A stretch of DNA of 64,000 nt, from the NCBI GenBank assembly GCA_949879765.1, contig CATLBQ010000002.1, positions 2,667-66,666 of the forward strand. Direction: 5' to 3'. How positions within the stretch are numbered: the stretch's first letter is position 1; every line of letters starts with the position of its first letter. This document shows positions 55,138-64,000 of this stretch, in pieces. The notes beneath the pieces are model-generated. The model had not been told where the DNA came from. It saw only the letters and a program-made list of their open reading frames with translations, and searched no databases. A program made the position numbers and the translations under genes. This stretch comes from an uncultured Bacilli bacterium. Its GTDB lineage: Bacteria; Bacillota_I; Bacilli_A; ML615J-28; CAG-313.

Positions 55138-56091
55138 ATGTACAAGAAGTTTAAAAATTGTTTATTGCATCCAAAGTTAATTTATCAATACGTAGATGAG
55201 CGCTTTTCAAAGCTATTTTTATATTTTTTATTGTTGGTGGTAATTTATGCATTACCACAATTGGTTGCAACAATTGGTTTTCAACATCTTCCAAATGAAG
55301 CGTTACAGCAAGTGGCAAGTGATTTTGAAAAGTCAGGTAAAATAGAATATCAATTCGAGAAGAAGGATGGACAAGTACAACTTGTTTCTACCCAAGAAGT
55401 AGCTCAACCACAATATGTACAACTCAATTCCTATGTGCTTTCTTTTTATCCAGTAGTATTGCTTTTTCATGAAGAGAGTATTGCATTAGAAAAATATCAA
55501 TTGCCTACAAGTTTAGAAGGTAAAGATTGTTGTTATATTGAGTTTACTAAAAATAAAGTGCGCCTTGCTATTCAAACATATAATCCTCAATCACAAAGTA
55601 TAGAAATGGCAAAACAGCAAACAGGAATAGAGTGGCAACTTTTTGAAATGACATATGAAAAATTGGGTGTAGGAACATTAGACTTACGATTGGCCTATGA
55701 AAATAAAACTATTTTTGCGGAAGCATGCAATACCTTTTTAATGGGGATTTATCATAAGTACAAAGCATTATTTCTCACAACAGGGGTAATCAGGGTATGT
55801 ATTGTTTCTATTTTGGCCACTTTGTTTGAAATTTTAATGCTCACTGTTATTGTACAATTGTTATATCGAAAGATGAATCTATCTTTTGCTCAAATTTACA
55901 AAATTATTATATTGTGTTATACACCAAGGGTAATTTTAAATACTTTCTCTATGTTTTGGTCGAGCATATGGTTGTACTTGATTGGCGAATTCATTTCCGT
56001 GATTTATTTATTAATTACTCTACGATATTATAGTTTGCATCAAATGGCAAAAAAAATTACAATTCACATTCAGAATGATAATCAAGAATAA
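55138..56091 (+). CDS. Polytopic membrane protein, DUF1189-like
   Basis: The N-terminus [35 protein letters not shown] resembles the YvdJ/DUF1189 pattern. Family recall is from memory. Confidence 0.5.
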   Translation: MYKKFKNCLLHPKLIYQYVDERFSKLFLYFLLLVVIYALPQLVATIGFQHLPNEALQQVASDFEKSGKIEYQFEKKDGQVQLVSTQEVAQPQYVQLNSYVLSFYPVVLLFHEESIALEKYQLPTSLEGKDCCYIEFTKNKVRLAIQTYNPQSQSIEMAKQQTGIEWQLFEMTYEKLGVGTLDLRLAYENKTIFAEACNTFLMGIYHKYKALFLTTGVIRVCIVSILATLFEILMLTVIVQLLYRKMNLSFAQIYKIIILCYTPRVILNTFSMFWSSIWLYLIGEFISVIYLLITLRYYSLHQMAKKITIHIQNDNQE

Positions 56092-56105
56092 AAGGAGAAA
56101 AACAT

Positions 56106-58523
56106 ATGAGTTATAATCATGTTCAAATTGATCAAAAGTGGCAAGCCTATTGGGATGAACATCAAACTTTTAAAACACCATCTGTTTCGGATAAACCCAA
56201 ATTCTATGCAATGGATATGTTTCCTTATCCTAGTGGAGCAGGATTACATGTAGGGCATCCAGAAGGATATACAGCAACCGATATTATTTGCCGCTATAAA
56301 CGAATGAAAGGATTCAATGTGATGCATCCAATGGGATGGGATGCATTTGGGCTTCCCGCAGAGCAATATGCTATTCAAACTGGAAACGATCCAAGAGAGT
56401 TCACGTTAAAAAATATCGCTAATTTTAAAAGACAATTGAAGATGTTAGGTCTTTCATATGATTGGACAAGAGAGATTGCCACATGTGATCCAGAATATTT
56501 TAAATGGACCCAGTGGATTTTTTCTCAATTGTATCGTAAGGGATTAGCTGAATTAAAAGAAATAGAAGTCAATTGGTGTGAAGGATTAGGAACTGTACTT
56601 GCCAATGAAGAAATTATCAATGAAAACGGTAAAATGGTAAGTGAGAGAGGTCAATTCCCTGTTGAAAAACGTCCGATGAAGCAATGGGTTTTAAAAATAA
56701 CCGCTTATGCGGAAAGACTATTAGAAGATTTAGATGAAATTGATTGGCCAGAATCCATCAAAGAAATGCAACGCAATTGGATTGGTAAAAGTAATGGTGC
56801 ACTCATTGATTTTAAAGTGAAAGATAGCAATCAAAAATTTACTGTTTTTACGACACGATGTGATACATTATTTGGAGCTACCTATTGTGTCCTTGCACCA
56901 GAACATGAATTGGTTGAAAAGATTACAACAGAAGAACAAAAAGAAGCAGTAAACGCCTATGTAGCTTTTGCTAAGTCAAAAACGGATTTAGATCGGACTG
57001 AATTGAACAAAGAAAAAACCGGTTGTTTTACAGGAGCTTATGCCATTCATCCAGTAAACGGTAAAGCCATTCCTATTTGGATTGCCGATTATGTGTTATC
57101 TAGTTATGGAACAGGTGCGATTATGGCGGTTCCAGCACATGATGATCGAGATTATGCATTTGCTAAAAAGTTTGGTATGGAGATTATCCAAGTTCTAGAA
57201 GGGGGAGACATTGCACAAGAGGCTTATACAAAAGATGGTAGGCATATCAACTCAGATTTTTTAAATGGTCTAAATAAAGAAGAAGCTATTCAAAAAATGG
57301 GTGAATTTTTGGTAGAAAATGGTATAGGGCAATTATCCGTCAATTATCGTTTGCGTGATTGGATTTTCTCTCGTCAACGATATTGGGGTGAACCTTTTCC
57401 CATTATTCACTGGGAAGATGGAACGATTGAATTATTAGATGAAAGTGAGTTGCCATTAGAACTTCCTAAAATGAAGGGATTAAAATTATCTGGAACTGGT
57501 GAAAGCCCACTTGCTAATGCAAAAGAATGGTTAGAAGTGACGCGTTCAGATGGGGTAAAAGGAAGAAGAGAAACAAACACTATGCCACAATGGGCTGGTA
57601 GTTGTTGGTATTATATTGGGTATCTTTTAAAAGAAGATGAAAAGATGCAAGATTTAACAGATCCATCTGTTCAGGAAATGATAAATAGCTGGTTACCCGT
57701 TGACTTGTATATTGGCGGAACAGAGCATGCGGTATTGCATTTGTTATATGCAAGATTTTGGCATAAAGTGTTATATGATTGTGGCATTTTAAAAACCAAA
57801 GAACCATTTCAAAAATTATTTAATCAAGGGATGATTTTGGGTGAAAATGGTGTGAAAATGTCCAAATCGTTAGGAAATGTAGTTAATCCAGATGATATTG
57901 TTTGTAACTATGGGGCAGATACTTTAAGAGTATATGAAATGTTTATGGGACCATTAGAAGCGATGAAACCATGGTCAACTACGGGTGTTGATGGCGCAAG
58001 ACGATTCTTGGAAAGGGTATATCGTTTGGTCACAGAAGTAGCAGTGATTGATGAAAACGATTGGAGTTTAGAGAAGGTATATCATCAGACTGTAAAAAAA
58101 GTTACTGAGGATATTGAAAATTTGCGTTACAATACAGCGATTTCACAATTGATGATATTTACCAATGAAGCCTATAAACATCCTCAAATGCCAAAGACAT
58201 ATTTGGAAGGATATATTAAAATGGTTTATCCTTTTGCACCACATCTCGGTGAAGAATTATGGAGTATGCTAGATCATCAAGATACAATTACTTATGAATC
58301 ATGGCCATGCTATGAAGAAGCGAAAACCATCAATCAAGAAGTAACGGTTGTGGTACAAGTTAATGGAAAATTGAGAGATAAATTGATTGTAGCGATAGAT
58401 ACACCTCAAACAGAATTGGAAAAATTGGCATTAGCTAGTCCAAAAGTGCAAAATCATTTAGAAGGAAAAACACCAAAAAAGGTAATTGTGGTTATCAATA
58501 AGTTGGTAAGTATTGTTTTATAA
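56106..58523 (+). CDS. leuS: Leucine--tRNA ligase
   Basis: HIGH-type motif [13 protein letters not shown] motif VKMSKSLGN. 805 aa. Confidence 0.97.
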   Translation: MSYNHVQIDQKWQAYWDEHQTFKTPSVSDKPKFYAMDMFPYPSGAGLHVGHPEGYTATDIICRYKRMKGFNVMHPMGWDAFGLPAEQYAIQTGNDPREFTLKNIANFKRQLKMLGLSYDWTREIATCDPEYFKWTQWIFSQLYRKGLAELKEIEVNWCEGLGTVLANEEIINENGKMVSERGQFPVEKRPMKQWVLKITAYAERLLEDLDEIDWPESIKEMQRNWIGKSNGALIDFKVKDSNQKFTVFTTRCDTLFGATYCVLAPEHELVEKITTEEQKEAVNAYVAFAKSKTDLDRTELNKEKTGCFTGAYAIHPVNGKAIPIWIADYVLSSYGTGAIMAVPAHDDRDYAFAKKFGMEIIQVLEGGDIAQEAYTKDGRHINSDFLNGLNKEEAIQKMGEFLVENGIGQLSVNYRLRDWIFSRQRYWGEPFPIIHWEDGTIELLDESELPLELPKMKGLKLSGTGESPLANAKEWLEVTRSDGVKGRRETNTMPQWAGSCWYYIGYLLKEDEKMQDLTDPSVQEMINSWLPVDLYIGGTEHAVLHLLYARFWHKVLYDCGILKTKEPFQKLFNQGMILGENGVKMSKSLGNVVNPDDIVCNYGADTLRVYEMFMGPLEAMKPWSTTGVDGARRFLERVYRLVTEVAVIDENDWSLEKVYHQTVKKVTEDIENLRYNTAISQLMIFTNEAYKHPQMPKTYLEGYIKMVYPFAPHLGEELWSMLDHQDTITYESWPCYEEAKTINQEVTVVVQVNGKLRDKLIVAIDTPQTELEKLALASPKVQNHLEGKTPKKVIVVINKLVSIVL

Positions 58524-58546
58524 AATAAATATAGGGGGATAATCAA

Positions 58547-58792
58547 TTGTTTCATCTTTTTTCGATTCAGAAAAAAAGGCCAAAATGCTATCATTTTATG
58601 ATTGGTAGACAAAATGTTATAGTTGTTGATGCGACCATTTATCCAAAGGAAGTATGGTATGATAAACATATTGCCTTCTTGATGCAATATGTTTCCAATG
58701 TATATTGGTTTTCATCTTTTGAAGAAATGGAAGAAGAATTAGTCGATTTAATGACTGTAACAGATGATGATTATTACATTTTAATAACATAA
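58547..58792 (+). CDS. Hypothetical 81-aa protein (TTG start)
   Basis: ORF only. It is followed by a strong terminator. No recognisable motifs. Confidence 0.3.
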   Translation: MFHLFSIQKKRPKCYHFMIGRQNVIVVDATIYPKEVWYDKHIAFLMQYVSNVYWFSSFEEMEEELVDLMTVTDDDYYILIT

Positions 58793-58822
58793 AACTACTT
58801 GATCTTCCTCAAGTAGTTTTTT
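58791..58822 (+). terminator. Rho-independent terminator
   Basis: AAAACTACTTGA pairs with TCAAGTAGTTTT around a 6-nt loop. Confidence 0.9.
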
Positions 58823-58871
58823 ATAATATTCATAAGTATCTAAATTTTGCCTGAAATTCTTCGAAAATGAA

Positions 58872-58900
58872 TTGTCAAAAATGATTTTTTGGGGTATAAT
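58872..58900 (+). promoter_or_regulatory. SigA-type promoter of hpf
   Basis: TTGTCA (58872-58877), a 17-nt spacer, then TATAAT (58895-58900). Confidence 0.7.
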
Positions 58901-58948
58901 AAAATTGTAAACATCATATGTTTACAATGAATGAAAGGAGCTGTTTTT

Positions 58949-59488
58949 ATGAAGACAACGATTAGAGCAAATGATTTGGTGAAAATGAGTGATGGCGCAA
59001 AAGCGTACATTGAGGAACGTGTGACTACATTGGAAAAATTATTTAACAATAGTGAGCATGTTGTAGCAAATGTTTTATGTAAAGGATACGAAAAATATAC
59101 AATTGTAGAAATCACCATTCCTTTGAAACACATCATTTTGCGAGCAGAAAGTAAAGCAGACACACTATATGCGGCGGTCGATTTTGCGGTGGATAAGGTG
59201 GAAAGACAGCTTTTACGCCATAAGCAAAAAGTAATGAGTATGATCAAAAAACGTGATGGCATTGGAGAATATTTCAGTCAAATGGCATCTAACGAAGAAG
59301 AAGATATTAAGCCAGTTGCAAGAACAAAAGTAATTGAAAAAGAAGTGATGTCAGTGGATGATGCCATTGCTCAAATGGAATTATCAGACCACGATTTCTT
59401 TGCATTTGTGAATGAGGCTAACTACCGAAATGCTATTGTATATGTTCGAAAAGATGGAAGCTATGGTGTTTTAGAGATGAAAGATTAG
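58949..59488 (+). CDS. hpf: Ribosome hibernation promoting factor (long HPF)
   Basis: An AAAGGAG RBS lies 8 nt before the ATG at 58949. The N-terminal S30AE fold (IRANDLVKMSDGAKAYIEERV) and a C-terminal dimerisation domain (FFAFVNEANYRNAIVYVRKDGSYGVLE) are present. Confidence 0.9.
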   Translation: MKTTIRANDLVKMSDGAKAYIEERVTTLEKLFNNSEHVVANVLCKGYEKYTIVEITIPLKHIILRAESKADTLYAAVDFAVDKVERQLLRHKQKVMSMIKKRDGIGEYFSQMASNEEEDIKPVARTKVIEKEVMSVDDAIAQMELSDHDFFAFVNEANYRNAIVYVRKDGSYGVLEMKD

Positions 59489-59509
59489 AGGTCATTTGAC
59501 CTCTTTTTC
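59487..59509 (+). terminator. Rho-independent terminator
   Basis: GAGGTC pairs with GACCTC around a 4-nt loop, followed by TTTTT. Confidence 0.8.
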
Positions 59510-59580
59510 TAATGATTTGCTGGAAAGACTAAAAAAGTGTATAATATACATAAAGAATATAAGAATAAGGAAAAAGAAAA

Positions 59581-60276
59581 ATGAAAAAGATAGTTTGTAT
59601 GGATTTGGGCAATACTATCATTCATAATGATGCGATTTGCTTTGAAGCAGGTTATGAAAAATTGTATTCCACCCTTGAAATCACTAGTATGGATATAGCC
59701 CGATGGAAAGAAAATATGAACCAATTGTATCTTCAGATGTATGCAACGCGAGAGGAAGGTGAAATTGAAGTGCCATTTCAACAATTTCTAAAAAAAGCAA
59801 TTGAGGAGATGAACGTGCAGACGAGATATTCGTTAGATGATTTGGAATTCATAGTGTATCAAGCTGCTACAATCGATAGTGTTGAAAATGATATCCTTTC
59901 TTTTCTTGAATTTTTAAAAGCAAGGTGTATACCTGTTTATGTTATTAGTAATTCTACTTTTTCGAAGCGATGTTTATGTGATACATTAAAGAAACTAGGA
60001 TTAGATGATTATATTACTGAGGTATATTCATCTGCTGATATAGGAATCCGGAAACCAAATGCTTGCTTTTTTCATCAGATTATCGCATTGCAATCATTTT
60101 CAAAAGGGGAGATATTATATATAGGTAATGATGCATGGGTTGATTATCATTTTGCTATGAACATAGGTCTTGAATTTGTTTGGTATAATCATGAGAAAAA
60201 GAAGAAAGAACTAGGATGTCAAACGATTCAAAATTATCAAGAATTAATGAAAATATGGGGTGAAAAATTTGATTAG
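59581..60276 (+). CDS. HAD-superfamily hydrolase (subfamily IA-like)
   Basis: Motif I is VCMDLGNTI (Asp+2 replaced by Gly), motif II is VISNST, motif IV is IGNDAWVDY. Confidence 0.75.
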   Translation: MKKIVCMDLGNTIIHNDAICFEAGYEKLYSTLEITSMDIARWKENMNQLYLQMYATREEGEIEVPFQQFLKKAIEEMNVQTRYSLDDLEFIVYQAATIDSVENDILSFLEFLKARCIPVYVISNSTFSKRCLCDTLKKLGLDDYITEVYSSADIGIRKPNACFFHQIIALQSFSKGEILYIGNDAWVDYHFAMNIGLEFVWYNHEKKKKELGCQTIQNYQELMKIWGEKFD

Positions 60277-60910
60277 CAATTATCAAGAATTTAAAGAAAA
60301 AATCATAGACTTATCAAAAGAAAATCCTCCAAAGAAATTGTTATTGCATAGTTGTTGTGCACCTTGTAGTACCCATGTCTTAACAATTCTAGCAAAGGTA
60401 GCAAAAGTTACGATTTTATTTTATAATCCTAACATTGATACTAAAAATGAGTATGATACGAGACTATTCGAGGTAAAGCAGTTGATTCATTCAATGCAGT
60501 TACCGATTCAAGTGGTTGAACTAGGTTATCAACACAATGATTTTTTAAAAGCCATTCGAGGAAAAGAAACACTAGGGGAAAGAAGCAGTAGATGTTATGC
60601 TTGTTATGAAGAAAGATTGATTGTCACGGCAAATTATGCAAAGGAAAATGGGTATGATTATTTTACGACCACGTTATCCATAAGCCCTTATAAGAATAGC
60701 GATTGGTTAAATGAAATTGGCTATCGATTATCGAGTGATACATGTCAATATCTGTATTCTAATTATAAGAAGGAAAATGGTTATCAACATTCTATAGCAT
60801 TGTCCAAACAATATCAATTGTACCGACAAGATTATTGTGGTTGCGAATTTTCTAAAAAAGAACATGAAATCCACTTGGCGCTTGCTGAAAAAGAGAAAAG
60901 ATACGAATAA
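60260..60910 (+). CDS. queH: Epoxyqueuosine reductase QueH (DUF208)
   Basis: LLLHSCCAPCSTHVL, TTTLSISPYKNS, YRQDYCGCEFS. Confidence 0.85.
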   Translation: MKNLISNYQEFKEKIIDLSKENPPKKLLLHSCCAPCSTHVLTILAKVAKVTILFYNPNIDTKNEYDTRLFEVKQLIHSMQLPIQVVELGYQHNDFLKAIRGKETLGERSSRCYACYEERLIVTANYAKENGYDYFTTTLSISPYKNSDWLNEIGYRLSSDTCQYLYSNYKKENGYQHSIALSKQYQLYRQDYCGCEFSKKEHEIHLALAEKEKRYE

Positions 60911-60911
60911 C

Positions 60912-60940
60912 TTGAAAAAAAATTCAAAATTTGATATGAT
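60912..60940 (+). promoter_or_regulatory. Candidate SigA promoter of secA
   Basis: TTGAAA (60912-60917), a 17-nt spacer, then TGaTATGAT (-10 hexamer at 60935-60940). Confidence 0.55.
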
Positions 60941-61037
60941 ATAAAGGATAAGATATAGAATTCTAAATGAAGATATTTGTTGATAGGAATGCAAATATAC
61001 AAGAATAATTTATAGAATACAAGGAGGATGTTCAAAT

Positions 61038-63551
61038 ATGTTTGGGAAACTATTTGATCCAGCAAATAAAGAACTGAAAAAATGTGAAAAGATTGCGAAT
61101 GCAGTAGTAGCATTAGCAGATGAATATAAGGCATTAACGGATGAAGAATTAAAAGGAAAAACACAACAATTTCGGGAAAGGTTAGCGAAAGGGGCTACGC
61201 TAGATGAGATAATGGTTGAGGCTTTTGCTACAGCAAGAGAGGCCTCTACGCGTGTAACTGGTCTTACTCCGTTTAAAGTGCAAATTATTGGTGCCGCTGC
61301 TCTTCATTTTGGTAATATTGCGGAAATGAAAACGGGTGAAGGAAAAACCTTAACTTCTGTACTTGTGGCTTATTTGAATGCATTATCTGGTGAAGGGGTG
61401 CATATCATTACAGTCAATGAATATTTGGCAAGTCGTGATGCTGTGGAAATGGGAGCTATCCACAACTTTTTAGGAATTACAGTCGGACTAAATTTACGAG
61501 AACTAGACCCCGAACAAAAACGAGTTGCTTATAATTGTGATATTACTTATTCTACCAATAGTGAAATTGGTTTTGATTACTTAAGAGATCACATGGTTCT
61601 TTATAAAGAACAAATGGTACAGCGTCCAGTAATGAACTTTGCAATTGTCGATGAAGTTGACTCCATTTTAATTGATGAGGCCCGTACACCATTGATTATT
61701 TCAGGTGGTGAAAAGAAAGGACCTAATTTATATCTTCAAGCCAATAGTTTTGTGCGTACTCTTCGCACAGAAGATTATGAAATTGATGTAAAAGATCGCC
61801 ATGTCACTTTACTAGAGTCTGGTATGGCTAAAGCTGAAAAATATTTCAATGTTGAAAATTTATATGATGTTAAGCATGTAGGTTTGGTTCATCACATCAA
61901 TAATGCGCTTCGTGCCAATTACATCATGGAAAAAGATAAAGATTATGTCGTTCATGAAGGAGCGATTGTCATTGTAGATCCATTCACAGGTCGTTTGATG
62001 GTGGGAAGACAATGGAGTGAAGGATTACATCAAGCAATTGAAGCAAAAGAAAATGTTCAAATTAAAAAAGAGACAAGAACATTAGCAACAATTACGTATC
62101 AAAATTATTTTAGAATGTATAAAAAATTAGCTGGGATGACAGGTACTGCGAAAACAGAAGAAGAAGAATTTAGAAATATTTACAATATGCTAGTTGTAGA
62201 AATTCCAACAAACTTGCCAGTTATACGAATAGATGATCCGGACTTGATTTTCCGTTCAATGAAGGCAAAGTATCAAGCGATTGCAAAAGATATCAAAGCA
62301 CGCTATGAAAAAGGGCAACCTGTTTTAGTAGGAACCATATCAATTGAATCGAGTGAACTGCTATCGAGTTTACTGAAAAAAAATGGGATTCCTCATAATG
62401 TATTGAATGCCAAACAACATGCCAAAGAAGCCGACATTATTGCTCAAGCAGGTGAAAAACATGCTGTAACAATTGCTACCAATATGGCTGGGCGTGGTAC
62501 AGATATCAAATTGGGAGAAGGCGTAAGAGAACTCGGTGGTCTTGCGGTAATAGGAACAGAACGACATGAGGCACGCCGTATCGACAATCAGCTTCGGGGT
62601 AGAAGTGGTCGTCAAGGGGACCCTGGATATAGCCGTTTCTATTTATCAGCACAAGACGAATTGATGATTCGATTTGGTGGTGATCGTTTTGAACGTTTAT
62701 TATCTATGATTGCTAGTCCAGATGAAGAAGGCAATGAAACACCATTAGAATCAAAGATGTTTTCTAAGGCTGTAGAAGGTGCACAAAAAAAGGTTGAAGG
62801 ATCGAACTATGATCGTCGTAAGAGTGTTGTAGAATATGATGAAGTCCTAAGAAAACAACGGGAAATCATTTATGGTCAAAGAAAAGATATCTTATTCTTA
62901 GATGATATGGAACCTACAATAGTGAAAATGATTCATTCTGTTGTTGTGAAATATGTTGGCTCATATATCAATTATGATAAAAAGAATGAAGAAGTAGATG
63001 CTATTCGTTTTATGAATGATTTTGTTGCTCGTTTTTTCAATCGTGGTGATATTGAAATTGAAGAAATTGAAGGAATGAAAAAAGCTGAATTAGAAGAATT
63101 TGTTGAGACAAAATTCAAAGAAAATTTGCAAAATAAGAAAGAACTTGTTCCTTCTGAAGTTTATCAAGAATTTTTGAAAGTTGTATTACTACGTGTGGTA
63201 GATAAACATTGGATGGATCATATTGACCAAATGAGTAATTTGCGTCAAAGTATTGGTCTACAATCTTATGCTCAAATCAATCCATTACGTGAATATCAAC
63301 AAATTGGTTATGATACTTTTAATGAAATGATTCAAACTATCAATGATGAAGTAACTTTGACCATCAATCGTGCGGTAGTAAGAGAAAACTTGCAAAGAGA
63401 AGAACAAGCTAAAGTAACAGGAACAAATGCGGGTAATGATGAGACAGCCAAACGAAAACCAGTTGTCAATCAAAACAAAGAACCAGGTCGAAATGATCCT
63501 TGTCCTTGTGGCAGTGGTTTGAAATATAAAAATTGTTGTGGAAGAAAATAA
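61038..63551 (+). CDS. secA: Preprotein translocase ATPase SecA
   Basis: MKTGEGKTL Walker A, DEVDSILIDEARTPLIISG, and the C-terminal zinc motif CPCGSGLKYKNCCG. Confidence 0.97.
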   Translation: MFGKLFDPANKELKKCEKIANAVVALADEYKALTDEELKGKTQQFRERLAKGATLDEIMVEAFATAREASTRVTGLTPFKVQIIGAAALHFGNIAEMKTGEGKTLTSVLVAYLNALSGEGVHIITVNEYLASRDAVEMGAIHNFLGITVGLNLRELDPEQKRVAYNCDITYSTNSEIGFDYLRDHMVLYKEQMVQRPVMNFAIVDEVDSILIDEARTPLIISGGEKKGPNLYLQANSFVRTLRTEDYEIDVKDRHVTLLESGMAKAEKYFNVENLYDVKHVGLVHHINNALRANYIMEKDKDYVVHEGAIVIVDPFTGRLMVGRQWSEGLHQAIEAKENVQIKKETRTLATITYQNYFRMYKKLAGMTGTAKTEEEEFRNIYNMLVVEIPTNLPVIRIDDPDLIFRSMKAKYQAIAKDIKARYEKGQPVLVGTISIESSELLSSLLKKNGIPHNVLNAKQHAKEADIIAQAGEKHAVTIATNMAGRGTDIKLGEGVRELGGLAVIGTERHEARRIDNQLRGRSGRQGDPGYSRFYLSAQDELMIRFGGDRFERLLSMIASPDEEGNETPLESKMFSKAVEGAQKKVEGSNYDRRKSVVEYDEVLRKQREIIYGQRKDILFLDDMEPTIVKMIHSVVVKYVGSYINYDKKNEEVDAIRFMNDFVARFFNRGDIEIEEIEGMKKAELEEFVETKFKENLQNKKELVPSEVYQEFLKVVLLRVVDKHWMDHIDQMSNLRQSIGLQSYAQINPLREYQQIGYDTFNEMIQTINDEVTLTINRAVVRENLQREEQAKVTGTNAGNDETAKRKPVVNQNKEPGRNDPCPCGSGLKYKNCCGRK

Positions 63552-63564
63552 GCAGAAAGGGCCG

Positions 63565-63595
63565 AAGCAAGTTTACATTTAAGCTTGCTTTTTCT
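63565..63595 (+). terminator. Hairpin plus T-run between secA and prfB (possibly a partial terminator)
   Basis: AAGCAAGTTT pairs with AAGCTTGCTT (one G-U), followed by TTTTC. Confidence 0.6.
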
Positions 63596-63611
63596 TCCTA
63601 ATGGAGGATAT

Positions 63612-64000
63612 ATGGAAAAGTATGAAATTGTAAAATGGATAGAAAATTTTAAAGTCCGTTTAAAGGATGTTGATGAAGTCCTCCACATAGAGGATATGAA
63701 ACAACAAATCTTAGAAAATGAAAAGTTAATGTCAAAAGAAGATTTTTGGCAAGATGTGACGAAAGCTACACAATTTTCTCAAAAAAATAATGATTTAAAA
63801 GAGACCGTTTCAGAATATGAGGTATTGATGAAACAATTTGAAGATATTGAAATCATACCTGATTTGGGTGATGAGGCCTTATTCATAGAAGCAGAAGAAA
63901 TGATTCATACGTTAGATTTAGCTTTATCTGAAACAGAAGACAAATTATTATTAGATGAAGAATATGATAAAATGAATGCCATTTTAGAGCTGCATCCTGG
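63612..64000 (+). CDS. prfB: Peptide chain release factor 2, 5' part (continues beyond the window)
   Basis: A GGAGGA RBS precedes the ATG at 63612. The open frame runs to the window end: MEKYEIVKWIENFKVRLKDVDEVLHIEDMKQQILENEKLMSKEDFWQD...AILELHPG. It is not in the ORF track because no stop is reached. Confidence 0.85.
   Translation, partial: MEKYEIVKWIENFKVRLKDVDEVLHIEDMKQQILENEKLMSKEDFWQDVTKATQFSQKNNDLKETVSEYEVLMKQFEDIEIIPDLGDEALFIEAEEMIHTLDLALSETEDKLLLDEEYDKMNAILELHP

Noticed and set aside
55004-56105. A T-box leader upstream of leuS.
   Set aside because: leuS starts 14 nt after the DUF1189-like gene. The only upstream non-coding region (55004-55137) is about 130 nt and has no T-box-like conserved sequence or terminator. 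leuS seems to be simply co-transcribed.
58840-59262. A 140-aa minus-strand ORF opposite hpf.
   Set aside because: It fully overlaps the hpf promoter and the well-supported HPF coding sequence. It has low-complexity composition and no RBS, so it is a shadow ORF.
1-64000. I looked for tRNA/rRNA genes, CRISPR arrays, IS elements, transposases, integrases and long direct or inverted repeats.
   Set aside because: I found no cloverleaf-like GC-rich segments, no spaced direct repeats, and no DDE or tyrosine-recombinase-like ORFs. All intergenic regions over 200 nt are AT-rich promoter, terminator or leader sequence. This was checked by eye only.
63612-64000. The programmed +1 frameshift site (CTT TGA C) expected near codon 25 of prfB.
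   Set aside because: The first 129 codons read through in one frame with no internal TGA. This RF2 gene apparently lacks the autoregulatory frameshift, as a minority of bacteria do. It is not an anomaly that needs explanation.

Overview
This is a low-GC, Gram-positive (Bacillota-type) chromosomal segment. It is densely coding and almost entirely on the plus strand; only two genes are on the minus strand. All family calls are from motifs read by eye in the translations.

Gene order:
(1) nt 1-4.4 kb is a visibly more AT-rich accessory patch. It holds the 3' part of a HerA-like ATPase gene that runs off the window edge and a tightly linked NurA-like nuclease gene with an inserted zinc ribbon. 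These are followed by LRR and Big_2 surface-protein fragments and a small lipoprotein.
(2) 4.4-20.2 kb holds mixed accessory and metabolic genes:
- a fused MacB-like ABC ATPase/FtsX permease
- a tandem pair of YwaF-like membrane proteins
- an ECF sigma / anti-sigma pair
- an XRE regulator
- a C-N hydrolase
- a GH3 hydrolase interrupted by an in-frame TAA
- a third YwaF paralog
- a GNAT and an alpha/beta hydrolase
- a TetR regulator with an ABC/FtsX exporter
(3) 20.3-28.7 kb is an aromatic amino-acid supraoperon. It comprises an aminotransferase, a chorismate mutase-AroB fusion, AroC, an AroE-AroK fusion, AroQ, AroA, a frame-shifted TyrA and DAHP synthase.
(4) 28.7-33.1 kb holds a CBS protein, a frame-shifted lactonase, a cytidine-deaminase-like protein, an Fe-S aldo/keto reductase and an FAD oxidoreductase (minus strand).
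(5) 33.3-38.8 kb holds an XRE-cupin regulator plus potABCD, with unusually long PotA and PotD.
(6) 38.9-45.0 kb holds uppS-cdsA-dxr-rseP, a lipoprotein and nagA.
(7) 45.2-51.2 kb holds two terminator-delimited ABC export operons. The second is led by a secreted beta-rich protein that looks aerolysin/ETX-MTX2-like.
(8) 51.2-64.0 kb holds the L20 leader with infC-rpmI-rplT, a surface metallophosphoesterase (minus strand), DUF1189-leuS, hpf, a HAD hydrolase, queH, secA and the 5' part of prfB.

I found no tRNA, rRNA, CRISPR array, transposase or integrase.

The most interesting items are:
- the HerA/NurA-like pair at the window edge
- the four-gene operon made of the secreted beta-protein, a bitopic membrane protein and an ABC transporter
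- a tyrA frame change that sits exactly on an in-phase A_AAA_AAG slippery heptamer
- a 24-nt promoter-proximal element shared by two unrelated promoters
- an unusual density of interrupted genes
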